A DNA stretch of 64,000 nt, taken from a candidate division WOR-3 bacterium (lineage in GTDB: Bacteria > Hydrothermota > Tepidihabitantia > B3-TA06). This document shows positions 25,631 to 33,998 of the stretch, piece by piece. Each line of letters starts with the position of its first letter. Position 1 is the stretch's first letter. Location: NCBI GenBank assembly GCA_965649265.1, contig CBFGKC010000006.1:114975-178974 (forward strand). Reading direction: 5' to 3'. Below the pieces are notes generated by a model, which ran no database searches, had not been told where the DNA came from, and saw only the letters and a program-made list of their open reading frames with translations. The translations under genes and the position numbers were made by a program.

Positions 25631-26005
25631 GTGAATTTATCTCGTGCCGAGCGAATACAAGAATTACTCAACGATATCCGCAGGATTGATCCTGATATAG
25701 AAGGTACAGCCGTTGCGACAAATGAAGGCCTTGTCATTGCTTCTTCCCTTAACGAGAATCTTGACGAAGAAAGACTTTCGGCCGTATGTGCAGCAGTAAA
25801 CGAGGCCATTCGCAGGACGGCGGAGGAACTGGATAAAGGCAGGCCAACAGAGGTTCTCATTCATGCCCCGCAAGGCTACATTTTCATCATGAAGGCAGGA
25901 GCGGCTTCGCTTCTTGTTGCCGTCACACGGCGTACGGCGAATGTCGGACTCATCCTGTTGGACATGCGTAAGATAGCACGCGAAGTAACACCTATCCTCG
26001 ACTAA
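25631..26005 (+). CDS. Roadblock/LC7 (MglB-like) domain protein
   Basis: The sequence EGTAVATNEGLVIASSLNENLDEERLSAVCAAVNEAIRRTAEEL ... GYIFIMKAGAASLLV follows the Roadblock/LC7 fold. It starts with GTG. Confidence 0.6.
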   Translation: MNLSRAERIQELLNDIRRIDPDIEGTAVATNEGLVIASSLNENLDEERLSAVCAAVNEAIRRTAEELDKGRPTEVLIHAPQGYIFIMKAGAASLLVAVTRRTANVGLILLDMRKIAREVTPILD

Positions 26006-26006
26006 A

Positions 26007-26630
26007 TCAATTTCCGCTCGTTCGGAAGTACACCTTGAAATCGCTCCAGTCCTTGGGTGTCTGGAGAGGAGGAAATGTGTCAATTTCTTTTGTATCTGTA
26101 CTGTCAACAGGTAAGTGGGGGAGAAAGATTGTTTCGGCCGCCACGTCTTTCCAATTTGATATATACCAGTAGTTGCCCCGTTTTATAATCTCGAGCTTCA
26201 TTCCACCTGCAAGGGTTTCGTAGCCGTCGATGGCTGTAAGAATCAGGTAGTTTGCGTCAAGGTAGGCCATGGTATCGTTTGCGGAGAAAGAAGTAGTGTC
26301 CATTTGAAGCAGAAGGGGGGGGATCTGTCTGGACGTGGCGAGCTGGTTGAACATCTTCTGGGTGAGCCTTGATTCGGCCGAGTCCTCCCACGGGGTATAC
26401 GCGGTTCCTCTTGTGGAATCCTCGGGGTTGAACTTGAAGCTGAAGGTATCCAGACACAGAAAGAATTTTTCGAAATCAAGCGTGTTGTAGGAATCCACAA
26501 GATTGTGAATGACGGCCATGGAATCAATGGGAGTCAATTCCCTTGCATAGTCGCGGGGGTCAAAAAACTCGCAGCCAGCCGCCAGAAGTACTAAAATAAA
26601 ACCCAAAATCACGCAAAAGAACTTTTTCAC
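26007..26630 (-). CDS. Hypothetical lipoprotein
   Basis: The signal peptide ends in a lipobox (LVLLAAGC). The product is 207 aa with no recognisable domain. Confidence 0.5.
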   Translation of the reverse strand: MKKFFCVILGFILVLLAAGCEFFDPRDYARELTPIDSMAVIHNLVDSYNTLDFEKFFLCLDTFSFKFNPEDSTRGTAYTPWEDSAESRLTQKMFNQLATSRQIPPLLLQMDTTSFSANDTMAYLDANYLILTAIDGYETLAGGMKLEIIKRGNYWYISNWKDVAAETIFLPHLPVDSTDTKEIDTFPPLQTPKDWSDFKVYFRTSGN

Positions 26631-26684
26631 GGTAACTCCTTGTTATTCAAATTTCGATTCGTCTGCGGTTCATACGAGGTGAGT

Positions 26685-28460
26685 CTAAAAAGAACCGTAG
26701 ATCGACAAAGAAGCTTCGAGTGGTGCCTCATAGTCGCTTCTGATAAACTTGAAACCGCCGCTTATGGTCAGATACGGCCACGGGTAGTAGTTTGCCTCAA
26801 TGCCTGCAAAATGGCTGGACTGTGTCAGCGCTTGCCCGTCGGAAGGGAATAGCTTTTGTTTGAGTCCCACGAAACCGGTGATTGTCAACCACTGTCTGGA
26901 CCACCAACCGGGTTGATACCATTTTGGAGCCTCCTCTTTTCTCAGGGATATGTAAGAGAGGCTGTAGCGCTGCTCAATCTCGTCGCGAATAGCGCTTTGT
27001 TTGAGGTCGCCGGAAATCATGCGCCAGTTTTCGTATCTCTTCCAACTCACTCTTGCATCAGGTCTCAAGCACTCTTTCGGAAAAAGAGTCAATTCAAAAA
27101 TATCGGACCAGGTTCTATCGGCGCGGTTGTTGGAAGAGTCTGTATAATATTCGGTCCAGTCAAAAGAAAGACTGGCAGAATTCGCAATGGACGAAAAACT
27201 CAGTATATTAAGATCGCAGTCCCATGCAGCCTGGCTTGAACGGCGAAGGTTTGAACTTGCAGCATAGGCCGGTCTTACATAGTGCGTGCGAGTAACAGAA
27301 TGGTTGAGCTTGAAGTTTGTCGTAAAGTCGGTCCAGAGGTTGAGGGAGGTGGAGAGGTTTGCCTTTTCCGTGAACTTGTCATGGTCCAGATTGTTGAGGG
27401 TATCGGGCGTGTCAAAGCGTTCCAAAGAAATGGTGTGGGAGAAATACATGGATCCGGGAGATAGGGGGCGGGCCTCGCTGCCTGTGCTTCTGGCGTAGGA
27501 AGGTCTTCTCGTGAAATTGTGGTTTATTGTGCTGGTGAATGTGTTAAGTGTTTTGTTGTAATCGTAGTAACTTTCACTTTGGTCGTGCAAGGTGTTGTCA
27601 GTAGAGAAAAGAAGGCGCAGGGAAGTATACCGCAAAACCTGGTAAAGCATGGTTGCGTCAAGATTGCGTTCGGTTTCCTTGTAGCTGGAACTCATGAAGG
27701 AATTGTTCACGAGCGTATCGATTGAATAGTTCGCGGAAAAATCAAGTTTAATACGCGGAGATAATGAAAGGGTATCTCTGATCCAGGCAAGAGCGCCCAG
27801 CTCGTCATAATCCGAAAAACCCCTTGCTTCGCGCTTGCCGAATGATGCTCCCGAAAGGAAGCCGCTTTTAAAAAACGGCAGCGATGACAAGGAAATTTCA
27901 AAGGTGTCTCCCTTATCGCTCCAGTTTGAATGAATTTCTCTATTGTGATAAAAACTCAAGGTGCAAGGTGCGGTACGAACCATAAAAAGCGCATAGTCCT
28001 GCATAGTCGTATCGAAAGACCATCCGGCACCCGGTCCGTAAAGAGCGACTCTTTCATTTCCGTAACTGGCTTTGAAGTGTGTATAGAGGAGGTCCTTTGT
28101 GGTTACCGTATTTAAATAAGCGTAGGATGCGTGGCGTTCGTATCCTTCCGTACCGTCGGACTCGGTGGTAAGGGTTTTGGAACCATTAATTCCTGTGGTC
28201 AGGGAAAACCAGTCAACGGGACGATATGTGAGATCGACGACGCCGTAGTTAATCCTGTTAAGATTCTTGGAAAGCGAGTCCCAGTTGGAGGAACTCCACT
28301 GGCTCAGGGATACTCCTAACTGGCTGGAAAGCATGCGCTCAAAGTATGCACTTTCCCAAAACCCTCTGGTCAAGACGGTATTGTATCCGGAACTTTGAAC
28401 TATTACCGTGTCTGCGTTGAAGGCGCTAGGCAATAATATCAATAAGCTTAACATAATCAC
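26685..28460 (-). CDS. Putative outer-membrane beta-barrel protein
   Basis: It has an N-terminal signal (MIMLSLLILLPSAFNA). Amphipathic beta strands alternate throughout. It ends in Phe (SLSIYGSF), as is typical of OMP barrels. Its start overlaps the 3' end of rsmA. Confidence 0.4.
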   Translation of the reverse strand: MIMLSLLILLPSAFNADTVIVQSSGYNTVLTRGFWESAYFERMLSSQLGVSLSQWSSSNWDSLSKNLNRINYGVVDLTYRPVDWFSLTTGINGSKTLTTESDGTEGYERHASYAYLNTVTTKDLLYTHFKASYGNERVALYGPGAGWSFDTTMQDYALFMVRTAPCTLSFYHNREIHSNWSDKGDTFEISLSSLPFFKSGFLSGASFGKREARGFSDYDELGALAWIRDTLSLSPRIKLDFSANYSIDTLVNNSFMSSSYKETERNLDATMLYQVLRYTSLRLLFSTDNTLHDQSESYYDYNKTLNTFTSTINHNFTRRPSYARSTGSEARPLSPGSMYFSHTISLERFDTPDTLNNLDHDKFTEKANLSTSLNLWTDFTTNFKLNHSVTRTHYVRPAYAASSNLRRSSQAAWDCDLNILSFSSIANSASLSFDWTEYYTDSSNNRADRTWSDIFELTLFPKECLRPDARVSWKRYENWRMISGDLKQSAIRDEIEQRYSLSYISLRKEEAPKWYQPGWWSRQWLTITGFVGLKQKLFPSDGQALTQSSHFAGIEANYYPWPYLTISGGFKFIRSDYEAPLEASLSIYGSF

Positions 28461-29301
28461 CTGGAGAAAGTTCTTGCGGTCTTACATTTGACAAATGTCC
28501 GGTATTTTCGATAACCATTGCCGGGGAGGGTACACCGATCATTTTCAGGTTATTGGCGAGGGTTTTTCGCCTGTGAGCGAAACACTGCCTGACAAGCCTA
28601 GAGAAGGTTGCGGGGTCGTCGGGCCACAAGGGCTTTTCCAGCGGTTCGACTTTTATCGTTATCGAACGAACCTTGGGCACGGGCGCAAACGCGCGCGGGT
28701 CAATCTCAAAGAGTTTCTGGGTTTTCAGGAAAGCCTGCGCGACCACGGAAAGAGCCGAATAGTCATGAGAACCAAGCTGGGCCGTCAACCGCTCGGCAAA
28801 CTCCGCCTGAACCGTAAGCACGGCTTTCTTCCAGAATTTCCTCCTGTCGAGCAGCCAGAAGAGTATCTCCGCCGACAGGTGATACGGAAGATTTCCCAGT
28901 ACCCCGTCCACACATCCATAGCGATCAATATCAAGTTCTCTGACATCCGAAAGGAAAAGCTCGAGATTCTTGTGGAGGTCGGCAAGAACCCGGAGAGTCG
29001 GGAAGCATGTCTCGTCCACTTCCACCGCTACTATTCTCGATACCCTGTCGACAATCAAGCGGGTCAGCTCGCCGGTTCCCGCACCTATCTCGATTACCGT
29101 ATCTTCTTTTTTTGCGCCAAGACTGTCAACGATTCTTTCACCCACCTCTTTCCATCGCAAGAAGTGCTGACCCAGGCGCTTCTTGGGGTGAACATGGATA
29201 ATACCCCCATCTAATTTACTGCGTAAATTAGATGGGGACCCGCTATCCACGGGCACGGTTCTGGTACTTGAATCTCCGTGCAAGGTTTTCCTCTTACCCA
29301 A
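28426..29301 (-). CDS. rsmA: 16S rRNA (adenine1518-N6/adenine1519-N6)-dimethyltransferase
   Basis: The KsgA motifs are present (LGQHFL, VIEIGAGTGELT, LGNLPYHLSAEIL). The ORF has an N-terminal extension of about 40 aa, so the true start may be internal. Confidence 0.8.
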   Translation of the reverse strand: MGKRKTLHGDSSTRTVPVDSGSPSNLRSKLDGGIIHVHPKKRLGQHFLRWKEVGERIVDSLGAKKEDTVIEIGAGTGELTRLIVDRVSRIVAVEVDETCFPTLRVLADLHKNLELFLSDVRELDIDRYGCVDGVLGNLPYHLSAEILFWLLDRRKFWKKAVLTVQAEFAERLTAQLGSHDYSALSVVAQAFLKTQKLFEIDPRAFAPVPKVRSITIKVEPLEKPLWPDDPATFSRLVRQCFAHRRKTLANNLKMIGVPSPAMVIENTGHLSNVRPQELSPGDYVKLIDIIA

Positions 29302-30046
29302 GGAACAGCTCCTTGCCGTTGCGTTCGGTAAGTGCCGCTATATCCTCAGCAGGTTTGACTAGAATTTCGGCCGCCTTCTCCACAACATATCGGACATATG
29401 CGGGTTCGTTACGTTCCCGGCGATGGGGTTCGGGCGTCAGGTAGGGACAATCGGTCTCCACTAGAAGCCGCTCGAGTGGTGCATTGCCTAGCCAGCGTCG
29501 GGTTCTCAGAGCGTCATAAGTTATGGTTCCGTTCAGACCGAGGTAGAAGCCGAGTTCGACTATTCTGTCCACCTGATTCGAATCGGCGGACACCGAATGG
29601 AACACACCCCAGTAGTAGCCGATTTCCTCTACCGTTCGTATGGTATCGTCCATCGCCTCCCTGGTGTGAATAACTATCGGTAGCTTAACGGACTCGGCGA
29701 GTTCTATCTGCTCGGCAAACACCCGGCGCTGGACGTCGCGCGGGGAGAGGTCCCTGTAGAAATCTAACCCTATTTCTCCAATGGCCTTGACCTTCTCGTG
29801 TCTTGTCAATTCCTCAAGTCTGATTAAATAGTCAGGAGGTGTGTTACGGGAGTCGTGAGGATGATAACCCACGGCAACCCATACCCCGTCGTGTCTTTCC
29901 GCGAAGCCAATGGCATCCTCGCACGATCGCAGGTCCCAGCCCACCTCAAGCATGAGCGTGACACCCTCCCCCCTGGCCCGTTCTAAGACTCTCTCCCTGT
30001 CATTAGCGAAACGTTTGTGGCATATATGGGTGTGGGTATCGAACAT
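29294..30046 (-). CDS. tatD: TatD-family metal-dependent hydrolase/DNase
   Basis: It starts MFDTHTHICH and carries the conserved His/Asp/Glu residues of TatD (LMLEVGWD, AIGEIGLDFY, IVIHTREA, LVETDCPYL). It overlaps rsmA by 8 nt. Confidence 0.8.
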   Translation of the reverse strand: MFDTHTHICHKRFANDRERVLERARGEGVTLMLEVGWDLRSCEDAIGFAERHDGVWVAVGYHPHDSRNTPPDYLIRLEELTRHEKVKAIGEIGLDFYRDLSPRDVQRRVFAEQIELAESVKLPIVIHTREAMDDTIRTVEEIGYYWGVFHSVSADSNQVDRIVELGFYLGLNGTITYDALRTRRWLGNAPLERLLVETDCPYLTPEPHRRERNEPAYVRYVVEKAAEILVKPAEDIAALTERNGKELFLG

Positions 30047-30062
30047 CTTCCCCCTTCATTCC

Positions 30063-30386
30063 TTAAGTCAGTCTTGAACCCGGTTCCGCTTCCTTGTCCA
30101 TCGTTGCAAGGATAATCTTTCCCTCGCTTGTCGCTGCAAGAAGCATTCCCTGCGACTCTATTCCTCTGATTACCGCAGGTTCAAGATTGGCGACCACTAT
30201 AATTTGTTTGTCAAGGAGTTCCTCAGGCGCATAATGCTGGGCTATACCCGCTACAAGCTGACGTTCTTCGATGCCCACGGTGATTTTCAACTTCAGGAGC
30301 TTGTCAGCGCCTTCAACTCGTTCCGCCGCGAGTACTTTTGCGACTCTCAGATCTACCTTCCTGAAATCATCAATGGAGATGGCCAA
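30063..30386 (-). CDS. csaA: tRNA-binding (Myf/EMAP-type, CsaA-like) domain protein
   Basis: The sequence FRKVDLRVAKVLAAERVEGADKLLKLKITVGIEERQLVAGIAQHYAPEELLDKQIIVVANLEPAVIRG matches the OB-fold tRNA-binding domain of CsaA and the MetG C-terminus. Confidence 0.7.
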   Translation of the reverse strand: MAISIDDFRKVDLRVAKVLAAERVEGADKLLKLKITVGIEERQLVAGIAQHYAPEELLDKQIIVVANLEPAVIRGIESQGMLLAATSEGKIILATMDKEAEPGSRLT

Positions 30387-30489
30387 TTCTCCTCCTTGAA
30401 TTAATTTTTAGTGTAGGATACTCATGAGACTCGTTCTGTCAACGATATGAATTTTTTCGCGTAAAGAAATTGGCAATAATTGGCCGGTT

Positions 30490-32526
30490 TTAATTAACCA
30501 GGATAATCTTTCTTATGGATATTTCGTCGGTAGTTAATGTTCTTAAGAAGTATACGCCGGTTGAAAGGTTTTGAGGCCAGTGTATTTCCATTTCACCGTT
30601 AATTACTTGCAGTGGAAGGATTTCTTCTATCCTTCTGCCGCCAATATCGTAGAGTTCCATTCTGGCGAGCGTCCGGTAGGGCAGATTGAGTTTGAACGGC
30701 ACGCGGCTGTCCATTACCACGGGAAGGCTAAGGAGCCTGGAAACGGCACTGTCACGGGGCAGTATTTGTTCCTCGATGCTCAGTCTCAAGACCGGTTTGG
30801 CAGCAACAGGCTTGCACCTGCGGAACATTGCATCGATGGTGTTGCTGTCTGCAGCGTAAGATAAAAGAGTAATCTCATCGACGATTCCCTCTACAGAGTG
30901 GAGCTTATTGTTCTGACTGCCGACAAAGAAAGGCCAGTCTTGGTTTTGGTCTTTACCGGGGCGGCCGACCCAGATAGAATCCTGCAATACTGAATTTCGG
31001 TAGAAACGAATTATTTCCCCGTCATATGTAGCCGCCAGAAACATCCAATGATCAAGATTCTCCTGCGGATCCCCGGTCAAACGAAAGAAAGACTTCGATC
31101 GCGATTCGGTTGTGGTCCAGAGCGTGTCGTGCAAGAACGCAAGGTCCTCCGGCAGCAAGGGCTCGGAACAGAACGAAACGAATCCGGCTCTGTAATCTTC
31201 GAAAGCCGCGGCTTTTTCGAGATCGAATTTGATGAGACTTGCGTTGCCCGATTCCCAGACGTACTTACCGTCAAAATCCAGACCCTGAGAAGAGCCGGCG
31301 TTTCTGTATCGTCCTAAAATCTTCGGCTGGCCGGTGGCAAGAGAGGTCTTTTCGTCAACGATGTATGTGTAATGATTGACTCCCCAGGTGGAAATAAGAA
31401 GGCGTGACGTATCACCAAACGGAGCAAAACAGCATGCGGATAAGCTGTCTTGGTTGATAGAGAACGTACCGATGATGTTCGCGGAATGCGTTTCGTATGA
31501 TTTATGATAATCGATCGCGTAAATCATATTGGATTTGAAATCCGAGGCCCACAAGATATCGGATACCGAATCGTATGCCAGTCCTGACGTATGTTTGGCC
31601 TCGGGCGGCATATCGAACCAGCCGGTGCGTGACAGGTCGGCAGGATTGATCCTCCATACTTGAGAGGGTTGATTCGGATCGAGGTCAACGGCAAGAAAAA
31701 GCTCTTCCCCGACCGATGTAAGCCCCTGGGGAATAAATTTTTCTGAAACAAGGGGGCTTCCTACCCTTTCCCAGCCGAATGGAGGCATCATGCACGTAGA
31801 GGTTGTTGCCGCGTGGGATACCGAAAAGCAGAGATTCCCGCTTTGGAGCCAAATTTTGAAAAAATCGCTCACTTCGGCAATGATTCGCTGCGAAGCGGAG
31901 TATGCAAGGTTGCTCGAAGTGTCAAGCTTGAGCCATAAGGCGACTGTAAATGAATCCCTCAACGAATTCACGGGAATATCTGCCATTGCATAAGTACCTT
32001 TAGAAAAACACAAAGCCGAGCCCGATGAAAATGTCAAATCTTCCCTGTTTTGCCATCCTCCGCCGTCCCCTTCCTTCCAGGATGTTCCGTTAAGAGTAAG
32101 ACAACCGTTATGTTCCTCATAGTATGTCGAGTTCCCCAGGCCTTCGTCGCAGTGGAAAACCCAGCCTTGACCCGGGTCGACGGATATTTTTGTAAATACC
32201 GAATCGAAGTTTGGCCCAGTGTTTTCTTCATTTGCATAATATAAATCAAGGAAATCTTCGCCGGGTAAGAGAGTATCCATCTTGAGCCAGATGCTGGTTG
32301 AATTGGTTTGAATAGTATCCTCAATCCAGTACGGGATAAGATTATTATGGTGATAAAAGCGCAGCGAGTACGCCTCCGGATCGAGCTTTCCCTGGTCAAT
32401 TAGGTCGCGGGTATCCAGATTTAAATGAACCTGAACGTCTACAGCCGGGGTATCCGCAGGATTGCTTACTGTAATCTTGCGCTCGTATATATTCGACGCG
32501 AAGAGGTATAAAATCAAAAGCCCCAC
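30490..32526 (-). CDS. Secreted LamG/concanavalin-like domain protein with T9SS CTD
   Basis: A LamG-like stretch is present (SFTVALWLKLDTSS...IIAEVSDFFKIWLQSGNLCF). The C-terminus is GVYFLRTLTTDEISIRKIILVN. Confidence 0.5.
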   Translation of the reverse strand: MGLLILYLFASNIYERKITVSNPADTPAVDVQVHLNLDTRDLIDQGKLDPEAYSLRFYHHNNLIPYWIEDTIQTNSTSIWLKMDTLLPGEDFLDLYYANEENTGPNFDSVFTKISVDPGQGWVFHCDEGLGNSTYYEEHNGCLTLNGTSWKEGDGGGWQNREDLTFSSGSALCFSKGTYAMADIPVNSLRDSFTVALWLKLDTSSNLAYSASQRIIAEVSDFFKIWLQSGNLCFSVSHAATTSTCMMPPFGWERVGSPLVSEKFIPQGLTSVGEELFLAVDLDPNQPSQVWRINPADLSRTGWFDMPPEAKHTSGLAYDSVSDILWASDFKSNMIYAIDYHKSYETHSANIIGTFSINQDSLSACCFAPFGDTSRLLISTWGVNHYTYIVDEKTSLATGQPKILGRYRNAGSSQGLDFDGKYVWESGNASLIKFDLEKAAAFEDYRAGFVSFCSEPLLPEDLAFLHDTLWTTTESRSKSFFRLTGDPQENLDHWMFLAATYDGEIIRFYRNSVLQDSIWVGRPGKDQNQDWPFFVGSQNNKLHSVEGIVDEITLLSYAADSNTIDAMFRRCKPVAAKPVLRLSIEEQILPRDSAVSRLLSLPVVMDSRVPFKLNLPYRTLARMELYDIGGRRIEEILPLQVINGEMEIHWPQNLSTGVYFLRTLTTDEISIRKIILVN

Positions 32527-32566
32527 GCGCTCCTGCCTTTCTTAGAGTGAGTGGGGCTTTCGAATA

Positions 32567-32929
32567 TCATGAACTCATGAAGTTTTGATAGATAATCCCG
32601 TAGCGCGTCCTGACCGGTTCGTTGGAGCCCATTCTTGCGACCCAGCCGTTCTGAACGACTTGCCAGGTGCCGGGCTTGACGCCCTTTGATTCCACGAACG
32701 CGTTCACGGCCTCGGGGCCCATGATGCTATTCTTGCCCATCAGCGCCGTTATCTCGGCGTACTTATCCAGGGTGATGCCCTCGATAGGCGCCCACATGGG
32801 GTCATTGAAGTCCACCGGCTGCGAAGCCTTCTGCTGATCTTCCGCGGCCTTTGCCTGCATATCCTGGGATTTTTTTATCGCATCGTTGGCGTTCTTCATC
32901 ATGTTGTCGAAATCCTTAAACATGCCCAT
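32567..32929 (-). CDS. Hypothetical protein
   Basis: It is a 120-aa ORF with good coding appearance and no recognisable domain. Confidence 0.4.
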   Translation of the reverse strand: MGMFKDFDNMMKNANDAIKKSQDMQAKAAEDQQKASQPVDFNDPMWAPIEGITLDKYAEITALMGKNSIMGPEAVNAFVESKGVKPGTWQVVQNGWVARMGSNEPVRTRYGIIYQNFMSS

Positions 32930-33373
32930 GGTTCCTCCTTTGGTTTTGGCATACGTTGGCAGTATAGACAGCCGGTTAAAGTTGTCAATACGGAATTTTC
33001 CGGGTGTACTTAGGTAGAATAGAGGATGTCCTCCTTATCGAGAGGGGGTACTACCCCTCTTCGTTCTTGGATGAGGCTGCGCTTCAAGGAAGCGCCGGGT
33101 GAGGGTTCCTCACTAACTGGAAGGGGGGAGGGGGAATCACTTTCTTCCTACCTTGGTGGAGGGGGCGGGGCGACCTCGTAGGGGCTTACGTGGATGCTTC
33201 TGCATCCGCTTCGCGTTAGGTGAGCCCGCAAAAAAACGGGCTGACCTGAAGGTCGGCTCCTGCACTTTGCGAGGCTGCGCCCGTTAAAGAATTTGATATT
33301 GCAGAGTAAACCTAATTGCTTTGATAATCCTCGATTATCTTCCCATGATCGAAACAAATGTCACCCCAAGTAA

Positions 33374-33793
33374 TTACTTCGTAATTTCTTGGGGACCCCG
33401 ATTGATGTAATCACGGATGATTGTTGAGTGATCAAACGTAATCTGTTCCGGTAATGTATCCAGCTTAAAGACGCGGGCGAGCTTCGCGTCGTCGCCTTCG
33501 CGTAACACACCCTTGCCGTCGGCGGTGAAGACGACGGATACGGTATGGAAGCGGGGATCGCGCGAGGGTTCGGAGTAGACGTGGAACTGCTCGAGATTGT
33601 CCAAATCGAGTCCGGTCTCCTCCTTCATCTCCCTGCGCACGGCCTGCTCGACCGTCTCGCCTATCTCGACGAACCCGCCCGGCAGCGCCCACCCCGGGGG
33701 AGGGTAGCGTCTCTCGACAAGGATAATCCCGCCTTCGTACCGGATGATGCAGTCAACGGTCAGGTATGGGGTTTTGGGCGGCGACCAGGTCAT
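33374..33793 (-). CDS. NUDIX hydrolase
   Basis: The Nudix box is present (LPGGFVEIGETVEQAVRREMKEETGL). Confidence 0.8.
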   Translation of the reverse strand: MTWSPPKTPYLTVDCIIRYEGGIILVERRYPPPGWALPGGFVEIGETVEQAVRREMKEETGLDLDNLEQFHVYSEPSRDPRFHTVSVVFTADGKGVLREGDDAKLARVFKLDTLPEQITFDHSTIIRDYINRGPQEITK

Positions 33794-33810
33794 ACGCTGT
33801 CAGTAATGCA

Positions 33811-33957
33811 ACAATCGTTTTGTTGCCGCAATGACACGGTCATTGCACTCCACACGGACTTGTTGCCGCAATGACACGGTCATCGCACTCCACACGGACT
33901 TGTTGCCGCAATGACGCGGTTATCGCACTCCACACAGACTTTGTTGCCGCAATGGCG
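33811..33957. repeat. Tandem 40-bp repeat x3.6, each unit with an 8-bp-stem hairpin (GCAATGAC-acg-GTCATTGC)
   Basis: The units tgttgccgcaatgacacggtcattgcactccacacggact sit at 33811, 33851 and 33891, with a partial fourth. The copies degenerate from 5' to 3'. It lies between the polA stop and the NUDIX start. Confidence 0.7.
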
Positions 33958-33998
33958 CGGTCATAATCGATCTGCGTAGTTCTTGAATCAAATAATCC

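Noticed and set aside
33811-33957. Possible CRISPR array
   Set aside because: The 40-bp units are contiguous with no unique spacers between them, and no cas genes are nearby. It is a simple tandem repeat.
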